The position numbers and the translations under genes are program-made. From Mayamaea pseudoterrestris (lineage: Eukaryota), in contig BROI01000040.1 of NCBI GenBank assembly GCA_027923505.1, positions 1-64,000 of the forward strand: a DNA stretch of 64,000 nucleotides, written 5' to 3'. The first letter of the stretch is position 1; each line of letters starts with the position of its first letter. The notes beneath the pieces are model-generated. The model made no database searches and was not told where the DNA came from. It worked only from the letters and a program-made list of their open reading frames with translations. This document shows, in pieces, positions 34,474-47,146 of the stretch.

Positions 34474-37400
34474 ATGGAACAGCAACACGACGAAGACGAA
34501 GATACAGTCAACATGCGCGAATTGGTGCACGAGCTGCGTTTGGCGCGGCGCGAGATGCAGGTGCTGCGCGAGCGCGTCGATGCCCAGGCGGCTGCTGTGA
34601 CTGCGAGTGCGCCGATTGCGGATCATGAGGCATGGCAGCAGCAGCAGCGGCAGCAGGATTCACCGCTATTATTGAGCAGCCGCGTCGAACAATTAATTGA
34701 GGAGCTGCAAGCGACCAAGCGAGACTTGGCGGAACTCAAGCAGCAGCAGAGCGAGCGACTTGCAGCAGATGAACAAGAATTGCTGCGAGTCTCCGCAGCA
34801 GCTGCGAGCGACGAGGTGCAGTCCATTCTAACGCAAACTGCACTTTCGAATAATGCAGCTGCTGTTACAGTCGAAATGGATCACAGGAGAAAGGCAGCCA
34901 TGCTTTTAGCCAAGGCTGGTGTCGTTGTAGATGACGTTGATAGTAGCAGTAATAATGACGACTCGAATATTGATGGTCACGAAGACGATGAAAGCGATTG
35001 CAGCAGCAGGTACTCTTCCAACGACAACTCTTACGATGATGATAATGCTTCGCCGCATTCGAGTCAAGGAAGCGACCAAGATTACTCCCATTCATATAGC
35101 AGTAGCAATCATGATGATATAAACGCGAATGATCTGCACGACAATGCAGGCTCAATCTACGAGGCAGACGACGACGAAAACGATGACACTGGTGGCAGTC
35201 TATCGCAAAGGGTTCAATCAAATGGCGATTCGCAATCAGGCAGCAGTAGTAGCAGCAGGAGTCAGCAACATAATAATAGCAGCTACGCAAGCGGAGACGA
35301 TCACTCGACAAATCGTTCCGCAGACCAAGGTACACAAGCGCATGACGAGTCTGACGCGCGGCAACGAGCGGCAATGCTGCTACGACGAGCGGGAGTGGCA
35401 GTCAATGAAAACAGCGAGCACTCCTATGGATCATGCTCGGCAAGTAGCAATAGGTCTGGAGAATGGAGCCACTCGCAGCAATCGGCATTGCCATCACAAG
35501 GCAGTGCGTATTCCGACGAAGAAAGTGGATCAACGGCATCGCAACGAAGTGGTAGCAGTGGTGTGAGTGCAAGTGAGAGGAGCCACTCGCCAAGGACGTC
35601 GTTCCATTCGGTTGCATCCGACGAAAGCTGTGAAATGAATGGTGGAAGCGAAGCATCATCCGCGAACGATGCTGCCGACGACCAAACAGCAGCTTCCGGC
35701 AATAATAATGACGACGATGCAGATTATATACAAGTGGATAGTTTTGACGATGAAGATGAACAATTTGCATCGGGCCATGACGCGAGCAACGCCAGCAATT
35801 CGCTCGAAGGTGAGGCAAGTGGAAGCGCAAACATGAGCTATGACGGGTCAGGTAGTCAACAAAACAACTTGAGTGGTGGATTTGAATATACAGAAGTCTC
35901 ATCCGAAGGAGTGAGCGACAAAAGTGGATCGACGGGCAGTGATAGGAGCGAGCCTTTCAAGTCTGAACGTGATCTCAGCAGCACCAATGTACTAAGCGTG
36001 GAAGAAACTTTGCCAGGCACCTCATTAAGTAGCCCCGAAACATTGCGGTCGCCATCTCAGTCCGCAGGTGATAGCGACCTTAGGCAACGAGCTGCTTTGC
36101 TACTGGCACGAGCTGGAATGGCAGCTGCACCTGATGAAATTGCAGGTGATCGAGGAGGCAGTGATTATACAGAGACTTCGTACGACGCCAATGACTCATA
36201 TACGGACGAAACAATCCACGACGATAGTGAGGAGGCAGAGCCTGATGTCGAAGATTTTGACAACACACGGCTAGCATTAAATGAAGTCAGATTACCTGAT
36301 GATGTTAAATTGGTTGCTAGACAAGGAGCGGAAGGCTTGCATGGTTCTGAAACTGTAGTTCGTGGCAATGATCTTGTCGGATCCGCTCTAACAGCAGAAG
36401 CAACAGGCGGTGTCAGCGTTCATTCGGAATCATCGAGAGCTGGCAGTTTTGACCCTGATGAGTTGCTTTTCATGTCGGACAGTGACGTTGCATCGGATGA
36501 CGGAATTGGTTCATCGAATTGCGAGGCTAGCGTCAAGCAAAGTCGCGACAGCAATCGAGTTATTGACGACCGACTGCAGTCGGTCCTTCCCGCTGGACGT
36601 GTGAATGACGACGCAGCTTCAATCACCACGCCAGATGATGAACGGGGATTTGATACTGAGGCATTTGCAGAACTTGATGAGCCGACAGCTATGGAAGAAG
36701 CAACGGTTGATGCGGATGATTTTCTTTTCATGTCTGACAGCGAAAGGGACGCAAATGACAATGATAGTGGATCAGGATCTTGTTCTGAATCACGAGGCGG
36801 CAGTGACTCACATGATTTTGAAGGCGAAAGGGCAGAGTCACTTCACAACAATGAGCAGAGCTTTGTTTTGCTCGAGTCACTTGAGTCACCAGTTCCAGCT
36901 GGCAGCGGTGGATTTATGGAGTCTCCACGCGGTCTTCGAGAAACGACACCCTCATCGCTCTCACAGAGGAGTTTTAACTTCAATCAACAAAATTCACAAT
37001 TGGGTCACCAATTTACTGGGCCGAATCATATAGGTGATCCATCTCTAGATCAAAATGCCAGTGCAACGAGTATACAATCAGTTGATCGTTCGATTTCCTC
37101 GCCCATTCGTACTTTACAAGAGAAACCAGCGAGCGCGTTCCTCTTCGATGAGTCTGAATTGATACAAATCCCTGACTCTTCATCTGATGAAGATAGCACG
37201 TCGAGTCCCAGTACAGTGCGATCCAGGAGTGGTTCGTGTTTGGATGCTGCAACAATCGCAACTAAGATTGATTCTGCTGGTGAGCTTCCTTTTGCGCAAG
37301 GCATTTCAATGGATCAAGATTTTGATAAGCCGCCGAGCGAAGGAATGGAGACGAATGGAGCAACATTTCATCAGGCAATTGATCAACTGAAGGACGATGC

Positions 37401-40400
37401 TGCTGTTAAATCTGATTGCGCTAGCCATGGCTTACAACTGAGATCTGCTTTGTGGGACGAAAGTAATTCCAATCACAGCCATTCATATAAAGGCCGATTT
37501 AAGAAAGCGTCACAGTCTCAATCATTTGATAACGATGCTGCACAACTGCCTGATGCGGAAAAATATTCATTTAGTGCACGAAACCGGGAGTCCGACGCGG
37601 ATGAGGTTGTTTGCGAGCAGAACAATTCTAAAACTAGCCTTGGTCGCGGCAATAGCGAAGGTTCGCTCGTCGCCAGTCAAGCCACTGCCTCGCCTGACAA
37701 TAGCGGCAGCGACGGTGAATTTGACAACGACCATGGATCGCTTACAGCCTCTCGTCTATCGAATCATGTGCGCGTTCAAGATGACGCGAATCTTGTCGGC
37801 TCGCGCAGGAGCCAATTAGAAACGCGAACTACTAACAGCTGTGGAGACGGCAGGGACGACAGCTTTGACGCTTCACACTCCAGCTTTGACATGAAGGCGT
37901 CGGACGGATCGGTGTCACCTGGGAATCAGTCGGCAATTCACACAGACGACGATTATACCAGCGGCTCTTGTCAACAAAACGATGTTGATTCGGACTTTCG
38001 TGGCGACAACAGCTCAGAAAACTTCCGTCTCAACGACATCGGCTCACACAATTCCATTCTCGATGGATCTGGCGACGAAAACTGCGCGAGCATGAATGAA
38101 ACATCCGGATCTAGCCCTGATGGCGAGGCAATAACAGCCGCAAATGAACACAGCGAACGTTCAGAATTCGAAATGAGAGCGACTCGTGGAGACTCATCGG
38201 GTTCCGATCTAACCGAGGAACGGTCTCAGTCGATAGAAGGAGCACTTGTGTCGGGAAAATTACAAGCTGGAGACGATGCGGACGCGAGTCTTGATGAGTT
38301 CCAGGCTGGCGACAGCTCATCGGGCTCCGTGTCCAGAAGTCAATCTGGAGATGATGGAGAGGCGAGTCATGGTGAGGTTGAGGCTGACGATAGCGCATCG
38401 CGCTCCGTCTCCAGGAATGAGCACAGCCAAAGTTCTTCCGATTCCACCCAAGGTAGCAATGAAGCTGACGCTCAGCTTGGCGGGTCTCGCTCGAGCCATG
38501 ACGAGGAAGCGTCCCAGTCTGTGTCTGTAAATAGTCAAAGCGAGATCTCCCTCGCCCTTGAAGAGCTAAAGGCTGAAGACAATATGAGTTTGAGCAATTC
38601 CCATTCGAGTCAGGAAGAAGAAGCTGCAAACTCTGGCGATTCTCAGTCTGGCAGCGATGATTATGCATCACAGTCTACAACCTCTGTTAAGGAGCAAGAC
38701 GATGGCTCAAGTTCAAATGAAATAGATGAATTAGAAAGTGACAATGACCAACGAGATGCAATGAGCGCAGACGAATCGTCTTTAAGCAATGGCTCGATTG
38801 CTTCCGCCAGTGACAGCAGCGACCAAATGACTGGGCCGGCAGCGACTAGTAGTCTACATGATGACCGCCAAATTGAGAGTCTTGGCGACGAGGAGCAGTT
38901 AATGGCTGACGATGAGGGATCAGTGACAGATGGATCCTATGGAAAAAGTCTCGCGAGTGCCGAGCAGCGTTCCCAGTTAAGCGCTAGTGCTTCAATCTCC
39001 AATGCAACCGCTAGTGAAGTTGAGGAAGAGTCAAGTGGCGAATCCAGCGAGGGTCCGCTCGGTGCTGCATCGGTTAGTCGGCGAGACGACTCTTGCCAAG
39101 ATCAGGAAGAAGTACAGCAGTCAACATTTATTGATGACGACCAGTCAGAAATGATGTTGTCTTTGTCAAATGACCAGCTGATGACAATGAACAATGAGGA
39201 AGCAGAACGTGTTGGCGAATCTAGTATGAACAATGTGGTGGCCAGCAGCTCGTCGTGTGCTGTCGCGTCGGAACGTGTTGGCAGCTACGAGGACGATCAT
39301 GATGTGCGAACGCAAGCCAATGTCCCGGAAACAATTGAAAGTGCGCTAAATGCGGATCTAATAAACGACAATCCATTGTATAAAGAGTCATTTGATGAAA
39401 GAGCGTTGGCGGCAAGCGCCGAATGGGACGAAAGCGAATTGCAGGCGCAAACATTGCCGCAGGAACCTGTCGGCTCGACAACACCAGCCGCCATTGAAAC
39501 AACCGAGCAGGAGCAATCTCCTACATTGCTAGTAGACCATGACATTGACAACGACGAAGCAGCAGCAGCATCAGCAGCATCATCACCATTTAACCGCAAA
39601 TCATTCACCTCCCGCATGATGAGTTCCTTTGGCCGCCTGTCGTCCAACCTTTGGAAGCCGCTCAAGCCGGCAAATGATGATAAAGCGAACGACTCTGCAA
39701 CGAATGACAATGAGGGAGCTGCTGATGACAACGATATCATCAACAAAACTGAAACAGTCATCAACTCTACTGCCGACGACGACAAGGACAATCTGGTGGG
39801 ACTCGAACCCTTGGCAGCGTCGCCGGTGCATGACGTCACGAACGAAAAATTGACGCCGGCGAATCGTGTGAACGAGGCCATCGAAGGAGCCATTCTGTTC
39901 GACCATGACGAGGCCAATCTAGAAGCAGCAACGAGTCATGACCAGGAGAAAACGGCTGCTGCTGTTGCTGCTGACATTGTTGTAGAGTCGGCCAAGACGA
40001 ACATGAGCAGCTCGTCAAGCTACGAATCCTCATCATCCAGCGACGCATCGAGCGACGAAAACAAAAAGAAGCATCGATCTTTTGCAGCAGCAGCTGCACC
40101 TCCAAGGCAAGGCGACGAGAGTAATAGCGACAGTGGGAGTGACAGTGGTGACAGCGAGAGTGATCAAAATGACGCAAGCGATTCTGACGAAAGCAGCGGC
40201 AGTAGCCACAGTCGAGCAGCGCCGAGTCGAGGTGCTGCAGCAGCAGTTGAACATGACGAACGTGACAACGACGACGAGTCGCAACAATCGTCGTCATCCG
40301 AGGAGAGTTCACAGCAATCATCATTGAGTGAAGATGGAAATAATGGCGATGATAGTGACGCGATTGATGCACCTGTAAAGCAGCAGCCGTTGAGCAACAG

Positions 40401-43400
40401 CAGTAGCAGTCATGGCGCATCAGAGTCGGACGACTCATCCAAGGAATCTGCAAACGACAACTCTGCAAATGATGAGTCTGAACATGACAGTCAAGAAGAC
40501 GATAGCAATAGCAACAGTGCCAGTAGCGACGCGAGCAACGCCACCATTATGGCACGCATGGCTGCGGCGCTGGCGCAAGGAAACGTTGCGGCAAATGACG
40601 ACGCTGATGACAGTGATTCAAAAGACGAGTCAAACGACGACGAGTCGAATGCTTCATCGGCATCGGAGGCCTCCGCTGACAATGTGTCAAGGCAAAGTAA
40701 TAGTCAGTCGGAAAGCGATAGTGACAACGAGAGTGCGGTTGTGACTGCAGGCGATGGCGACGACGACGATTCGAATCACTCGAATGACGATTCAGAGCAT
40801 AGTGATGACGAGAATGATGGATCCAATGGCAGCAGTAGTCGTCAGTCAGAGTCATTGTCATCTGGCAGTACTGGTAGCGGCAGCAGTCAATCCTCCGAGC
40901 GAGCCAGAAACATGAGTGTCGTGCACGAGCATGGCGAGCATGATGATGACGAATCTGACGTTGCATCTGGATCGAACGGCACCGCAACTCTGTCTCTTGG
41001 GAATGACAATGGGGACGATGAATCTGGCGACAATAACGAGTTGGTTGAGCATGATCATGATGATGAAAATGAAGACGATGCATCAAACTCGGAAAGCAGA
41101 AATCGTACAGAAAGTAACAAGCACATAGCCGAGTCATTGGCCGAGCCAGACGGCAAAGATTCATCCAACAATGACGACCATGACGCAACATTGTCCGACG
41201 TGTCGAGTTCACATAGCAGTCAGTCACAAGATAATTTACTACAGGTGGCGGACGCACCTACGTTGCACCTGGAGAGCGCCAAGGATGGCAGCCTGTCGGA
41301 ACTGTCGCCGGATGCATCGTCATCGTCAGCGAAAAGTGAAAGCAGCAGTGAAACCACCGTTTCCAATCCGGAATCATTTAGACATACTGACAGATCCTAC
41401 ACGGAAGCATCCGATATATACTCGCCGGCGACGCCACTGTCGCAAAAGGTTGGTGCTGTGCGGCAGGATGGTTATAGTGACAATGACGATGAGGATGTGT
41501 TTGCCATTGCACCCAAGCCTCGGTCCAAATATTCACCTACGTCGGCCGGGTCAAATTCAAACTCCTCTTCAAGCAAAAGCAATAATCAATCATCCTCGCC
41601 TGGTGGTAGCGGCAACGACAGTGGTAGCAGCTCGGGTAATTCGTCGGATAGTAGCAGCATTGCCCAATTGCCTGCTGGAATAGCTGCACGAGACGGTGCT
41701 GAAAGTGTGTCGAGTGACTACTTTGAAGATAGCAGCGCCATGTTGATGACTCCGTCGGCTACCGATCCATTGTCCACACGCGCTTCAGCCGAGCTGGGTG
41801 AGTTGATGTCACGCACGTCAACTAGCAAAAATCTTGCCGCGGCACCCGAAGGGAACGATGGCAGCGGTTCCGAGTCATCCGTTGGCAGCAATGGTAATGA
41901 GGCAAATGATGACAGTCTGCCCATACTTGGCGGCGAGACCACAAATGCAGACAGTGATGCGTTGATGGGCAGCAGCCAAATGGATGAGGCGCCTCTCGCA
42001 GTATCTGCTTCACGAGCCACGGACTCAATATCCGATAAACGATCCGGCCATGACTCGGAGTCGTCGAAGGAGAATAATGCCATAGAAAAAGCATCTACAT
42101 TACCAACATCTTCTACCAACGACAGTGGGAGCGATTCTGACTCTGCTATTACTATAAATGATGACGCGGAAAGTGGGTCGGTGTCTTCGGACGCAAGTAG
42201 CGAAATCTTTGTAACGCCACCTCGTGGAAGTGGCAAGATAGACAATCAGAACGATTCGGAAGGGTCCTCGTCAGATGACGACGTTGATGTTTTCGAAACG
42301 CCGCCACAAAATTTGGAGCATGTGATGACGGAAGCGAATGCTACTTTTGAATCTTCCGCTGACACGCCAGTACATGAATTGGCAGTGGACCTTTCATTTG
42401 TAAATCATTTGCCAGTGGATCAGAGTGAGTCAGTTTTTGCAGCTAATGCGAGCGACAGCAACTCAGTCAAATCGATGGGCAGATTTGAGGAGCGAGATGT
42501 CGTGGTTGACGATTTGGATGTGCCTAATTTCGCTCCGCCTTTGTATGTAGAAGCAACAATAGCAGAAACAGAAAACATTCAAACTAGCGATGATTCGAAT
42601 AAGACGACAATCAACGAAGTTACTGATGCAAAGACGGCATTGTCGTGGAAGCAAGCTCAGACTGTTGCAAGTAATCACATTTCCACAAATTCTCCATATA
42701 AATTAGCCAACGTGGCACGAGAAGAGGATACCAAGACGACAATTCACAACCTTTCAGGGCAGTCCGACGTTCTGTCCTTAGAGAGTGCAGATTTAGCGGT
42801 CATCAAGGCTCAAACCAAGGCGTTTGAAAGAGATGGTAGCAACAATAATAGCAGTAGCAGCAGCGACTCTCTCATTTCAGCCGCTAGTGAAGTGACATCA
42901 GTTGCCAGTGCAGACATTGCAGCTCTTCAAGCTCAAAGCAAACATTTGCTGTTGGATGCTCCGCATGATGTATCATCTGGATCGATGGAAGATACTTTTC
43001 ACCAAAGCGAAGCATCATTGCATGAGTTACCGGTAAAACATGAAAAATTACAATTCGCGCTTGCTACAGATATTGACAACTCAGTTGATGATAGGCCGCC
43101 TGTGGACAATGTCGCCAGTGAGGATGGCGTCGAAATCAGTGCGAGCAGCTGCCGCGACGAGAGTCCCCTTGGAGCGAGAGATAGTGCAGTTAATTTGTTA
43201 CACGACAACGAAAGCAACGGAATTTCGCAATTGGATACGTTAACAGGGACAGCACAGCAGGTTTACTCTGAAAGCGTGACGCATGCGGCTATTAACGAGC
43301 GCGTTGAAAATGATATAGACGAAGAAGAGTTCATCGAGAACTATCAGCTCGTCCAACCTTCGACGCCAGACAAAGCACCGTCAGCGGCCATGGTAGAAGC

Positions 43401-46400
43401 TATGACTGATAAAGGAGAAGTGGCAGTTCAGTTACCCGTTGGCGAAAATTCACAGCCGACATCACCCGACGCAGCAGCCATTGCTAATCCACTTGGAGGC
43501 CAAGGCTCATCACAGTTTATGTCTTTAAACCAAACTGAAAAGGCTGATGCAACTTCTGCCATAAAGGCTGAACTTTTAAATTTGCTGGACCAAGCAAAGT
43601 TGCAAAAGATTGAGAACCGCACAGGCGAAGCAAAGAAACCAGCATTGTCGAAAAAGATGGCTTCGCCACGACGATCGCCAACAAGGAAACCTAGGCGTCC
43701 ACCGCGCGTTGTCATGCCAATTCTCGTGGGCGGCGAGGCCGACGACATGAGCAGTCTTGGTGGCTCTCCAGTGGCCGCATCCCGAGCGCGGGCCAAAGTT
43801 GACGACAGACACAAGGATCTTGATAATAGTTCGGAATCTAGTGGTCCGCACATAGCGATTACAGCCCAAGCAACATCCAGCACCCCTGACAATACTGAAA
43901 AACAATCGCCGAAACCTACTAGCGTAGCGCAGCAGGCACGATGGTTGCGTGGATTACAACAGGCAATTGAACAGCGCATGGTGACCCCAAGTACGAGAGC
44001 ACGTTCTGACGACGACGAGGGGCTCTTGGACAAAGCTGGCATTGACATGGGCGCCATTAAACTTGTTAAGGAAAGTCATCTTGAGCAAGTCGGTGTGCAA
44101 CGGCCTCTTGAGCAAGTAGCGAGCAAAGCCGAAGACCAAGTGATACGAACCAACAGTGCCGACTTGATCGATGTTTTTCAAGATAGCCGTAAAACTGATC
44201 ATCAATTCGTTATTCCTGAAATCGACCAGATAGATCAGCTTCATCGCAATCCCTTTGACGGCAGCATTCGGCAAGATGCACAAGTGAAGGGGATGTTAGG
44301 AAGGCATATTGTCCCTGAAATTGTTGTCAATGCTGCTCCAATCATGGATAAACGCACCCCGCAGGAAGGACACAGACATTTGAAAGAGTCTGGCGATACT
44401 GTTAATCCCTTCACGGGTCCTGGCGAAGCGTTCGCTACCGCAGACTTACTAAGCGATAGCAAAGTGAATGCCGAAATTGAAAAGCTGGTGTCAAACGCTC
44501 CGCAAGATGATTTATGGCAGGCCCTTCGTAAGCTGTTGCTGACGGCGGCGGATACGAAAGCTGATGCTCCTCAGCAAATGACCAATATACCAGGAAATGA
44601 TTTATTGTCAATAAAAGACGAGAGTAACGAAAGCGAAAAGGAGGATCCAGAGCTGATCGAGCTACGACTCGCCATACAAAGAGGCGCGCAGCAGGGGACA
44701 GAGGACAACGATAATGAAGAAGGTATCGATGCCCCATACTTGGACGATGAGCTGGATGAAATACATGACGAGCAAGATGAAGTAAACGCTGACGAGGACG
44801 AGTCCGAAGTCGAGTCAGAGAATCTGGACGATGTTAGCAGCCACGTTGATCGAGCGGATCTCGATCAACCAGCTCCAGAGCTTGTCCAATTATTCAAAGC
44901 GGAAGGATCTGAGAGTGAATTTGAGCGAGTTGAACATCCTTGGATCCCTGCAGGATCAGACGATGCCAACCGACTCATCACCAATTCAAAAGCAAACGCA
45001 GCACTTGTCAATACGCCTCCTACGATGAACGATATAGAAGCCGGCCATGCTGGTGACGAGAATGAGAAATGGGTCAACGACTATGATCCTCCGCGCCGAA
45101 GCCAAAATGCAAACAACAATCGATGCATATGTTTATTGTGGTGCCTTGTGTGTTGCATCATTTTGATCCTACTCATTGTTCTGCCTGTAACACTCACGCG
45201 ACGCAATCGAAATGCTGCTAATGAAAATGTCGGTCCGACAATTTCGGTAAGACCAGCAAGAGTCATTCCTATTTCGCTGCATATTTCATAGGAGTAGCTC
45301 ACTTCATTTATTTCGAATCTCATCATCTCTTTCAGCCTTCCATTGCACCCACACTTTCTCCAACGCTTGAATTTTCGCCAACAACTTTGACAGTACCGTC
45401 CATTTCGCCAGCAAATGCAATCGCTCCACAGCCGGCACCGACACTGGTAGCGACCCAACTTCCAACGCCGACCGCGACAACACAACAACCAACAGAGCTA
45501 TCGACAGTTGCTCCTGCCACAAATGCATCTTGGGTGCTGGTCGGAGGTCCATTTCTTGGTGACACTGACTCGAGTCTTGGCACGTCTGTCAGTCTATCGA
45601 ATCCGTTCATGGCGGCAGGCGCTCGGAGCGGCAATGGGAGCGTTGAAATTTTCCAATTAGATGGCGCAAGCGGCCAATGGACGCCGTTTGATGTTCTCAT
45701 TGGCGAGGAGCAAGGCAGTCTGTTTGGATCGTCCTTGTCACTCAGTCGTCCTGCAACATCAAGTGACGTTGCTCCTGGCTTGATTATTGGCGCGCCCGCC
45801 ACGAAAGCAGCCTTCTCCAGCGCCCTCGTGGGAGCTGCCTTTTACTATGAACTGAACGACAACTCCAGCAACAATACGTTATCATGGACACAGGTCGGTT
45901 CCATACTTCGCGGCGACGAAGACTCGTATGCCAACAATGAAGCTTTTGGCTTTAGCGTGGCCACCAGTGCCAACCGCATCATTGCCTGCGGCGCTCCGTT
46001 CAGTTCCGCACTCAACATTAACGGCCGCGGCCGCGTCTACACCTTTTCCTACAACGAAAACGTGCAAGACTGGACGCCACTGTCCGTGTACAATGTCGCC
46101 GGCGACGCCGAGAACGCCTGGCTGGGATCGGCGCTGGACATTTCCAGCGATGGCGCATTGCTCATCGCCGGCGGTCCGGGACGAAACGGCGGCGACGGCT
46201 ACGCCGTCGTTTACGCCTTTGGCAGCAACCAACGTTGGCAAGTGCTTGCCACGTTCGAGGCCATGGCAAACTCGCTGGAAGCCTTTGGCAGTTCCGTCAA
46301 GATACTGGACAATGGCTTGGGCGAAATGATTGCCGTGGGCGGACCAGCCTACGATTCTGGTCGCGGCGTGATTCGCGTCTACGAGCGGCAAGTGAGCAAT

Positions 46401-46703
46401 GGTTTCTACGCGCAACTTGGCAACGACATTGTTGGTGACACAACCTTGGACGCACTCGGCACGGCTGGAACCTTGACGGGCAGTGTGGCAACCAGCAGCA
46501 CTGGATCCATTTACGTGTTGGCGTCCACGTCGAGCGGCATTGTGTTTCGCTACGAGTGGCTCGCCGGTGATTGGCAACGTACCATTGAACCATTCGACAC
46601 TGGACTGGATTCGCTGCGAGCCTTGAGCATGTCGCAAGACGGAGCAAGCTTTGCGGCGGGCGGAACGAACCAAGTGTCTTTGTACAATCGGAATGAAGCG
46701 TAA
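34474..46703 (+). CDS. Giant (~4,046 aa) single-pass membrane protein with an acidic Ser/Asp-rich N-terminus, Cys-rich TM, Pro/Thr stalk and FG-GAP-like beta-propeller; exons 34474-45246 and 45336-46703
   Basis: A 10.8-kb open frame and a phase-0 intron 45247-45335 (GTAAGA...TTCAG) join to the 45387..46703 frame. TM RCICLLWCLVCCIILILLIVLPVTLT. Propeller blades LGTSVSLS..MAAGA, FGSSLSLS..IIGAP, FGFSVA..IACGAP, LGSALDIS..IAGGP and FGSSV..IAVGGP. Confidence 0.8.
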
Positions 46704-47146
46704 ACGAGAAAATGAATCAATGGCGAGACACTACTGTAAAATCATAAAATATGCGCAAGCTTACAACACCAAATAATTTATAACATTTTGTATAGCCAAG
46801 CTATGACTCTTGACGTAACCAATCTTTGCATGGAAGTTTCATTATGTCAACCAAACTACGCGAACGGATTCCCCATGGTGGCGCGCGCGAGCGCGGCGCT
46901 TGTGATAACCACTGCGACTACCAGTTGATAACCACTGCGACCATTTTAATGTGACGCACGTCGGCGCCGCTCGTTCACCATGACGGCGAAGCAACGAAAT
47001 GAGGCATCATTTCACCCGATTACTCGTTACTGTTTCGTGTCAGAGCGCGCGAGAGACGGACCAGAGGCTATCATAGACACTACTAGATACTCGAGCCGCG
47101 GAAAACTGATTGATTCGTGCGTCGCTCCGCGCCACCAGTCACTCTC

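Noticed and set aside
45882..46673. 263-aa minus-strand ORF
   Set aside because: Antisense to the FG-GAP exon; typical shadow of GC3-rich coding sequence.
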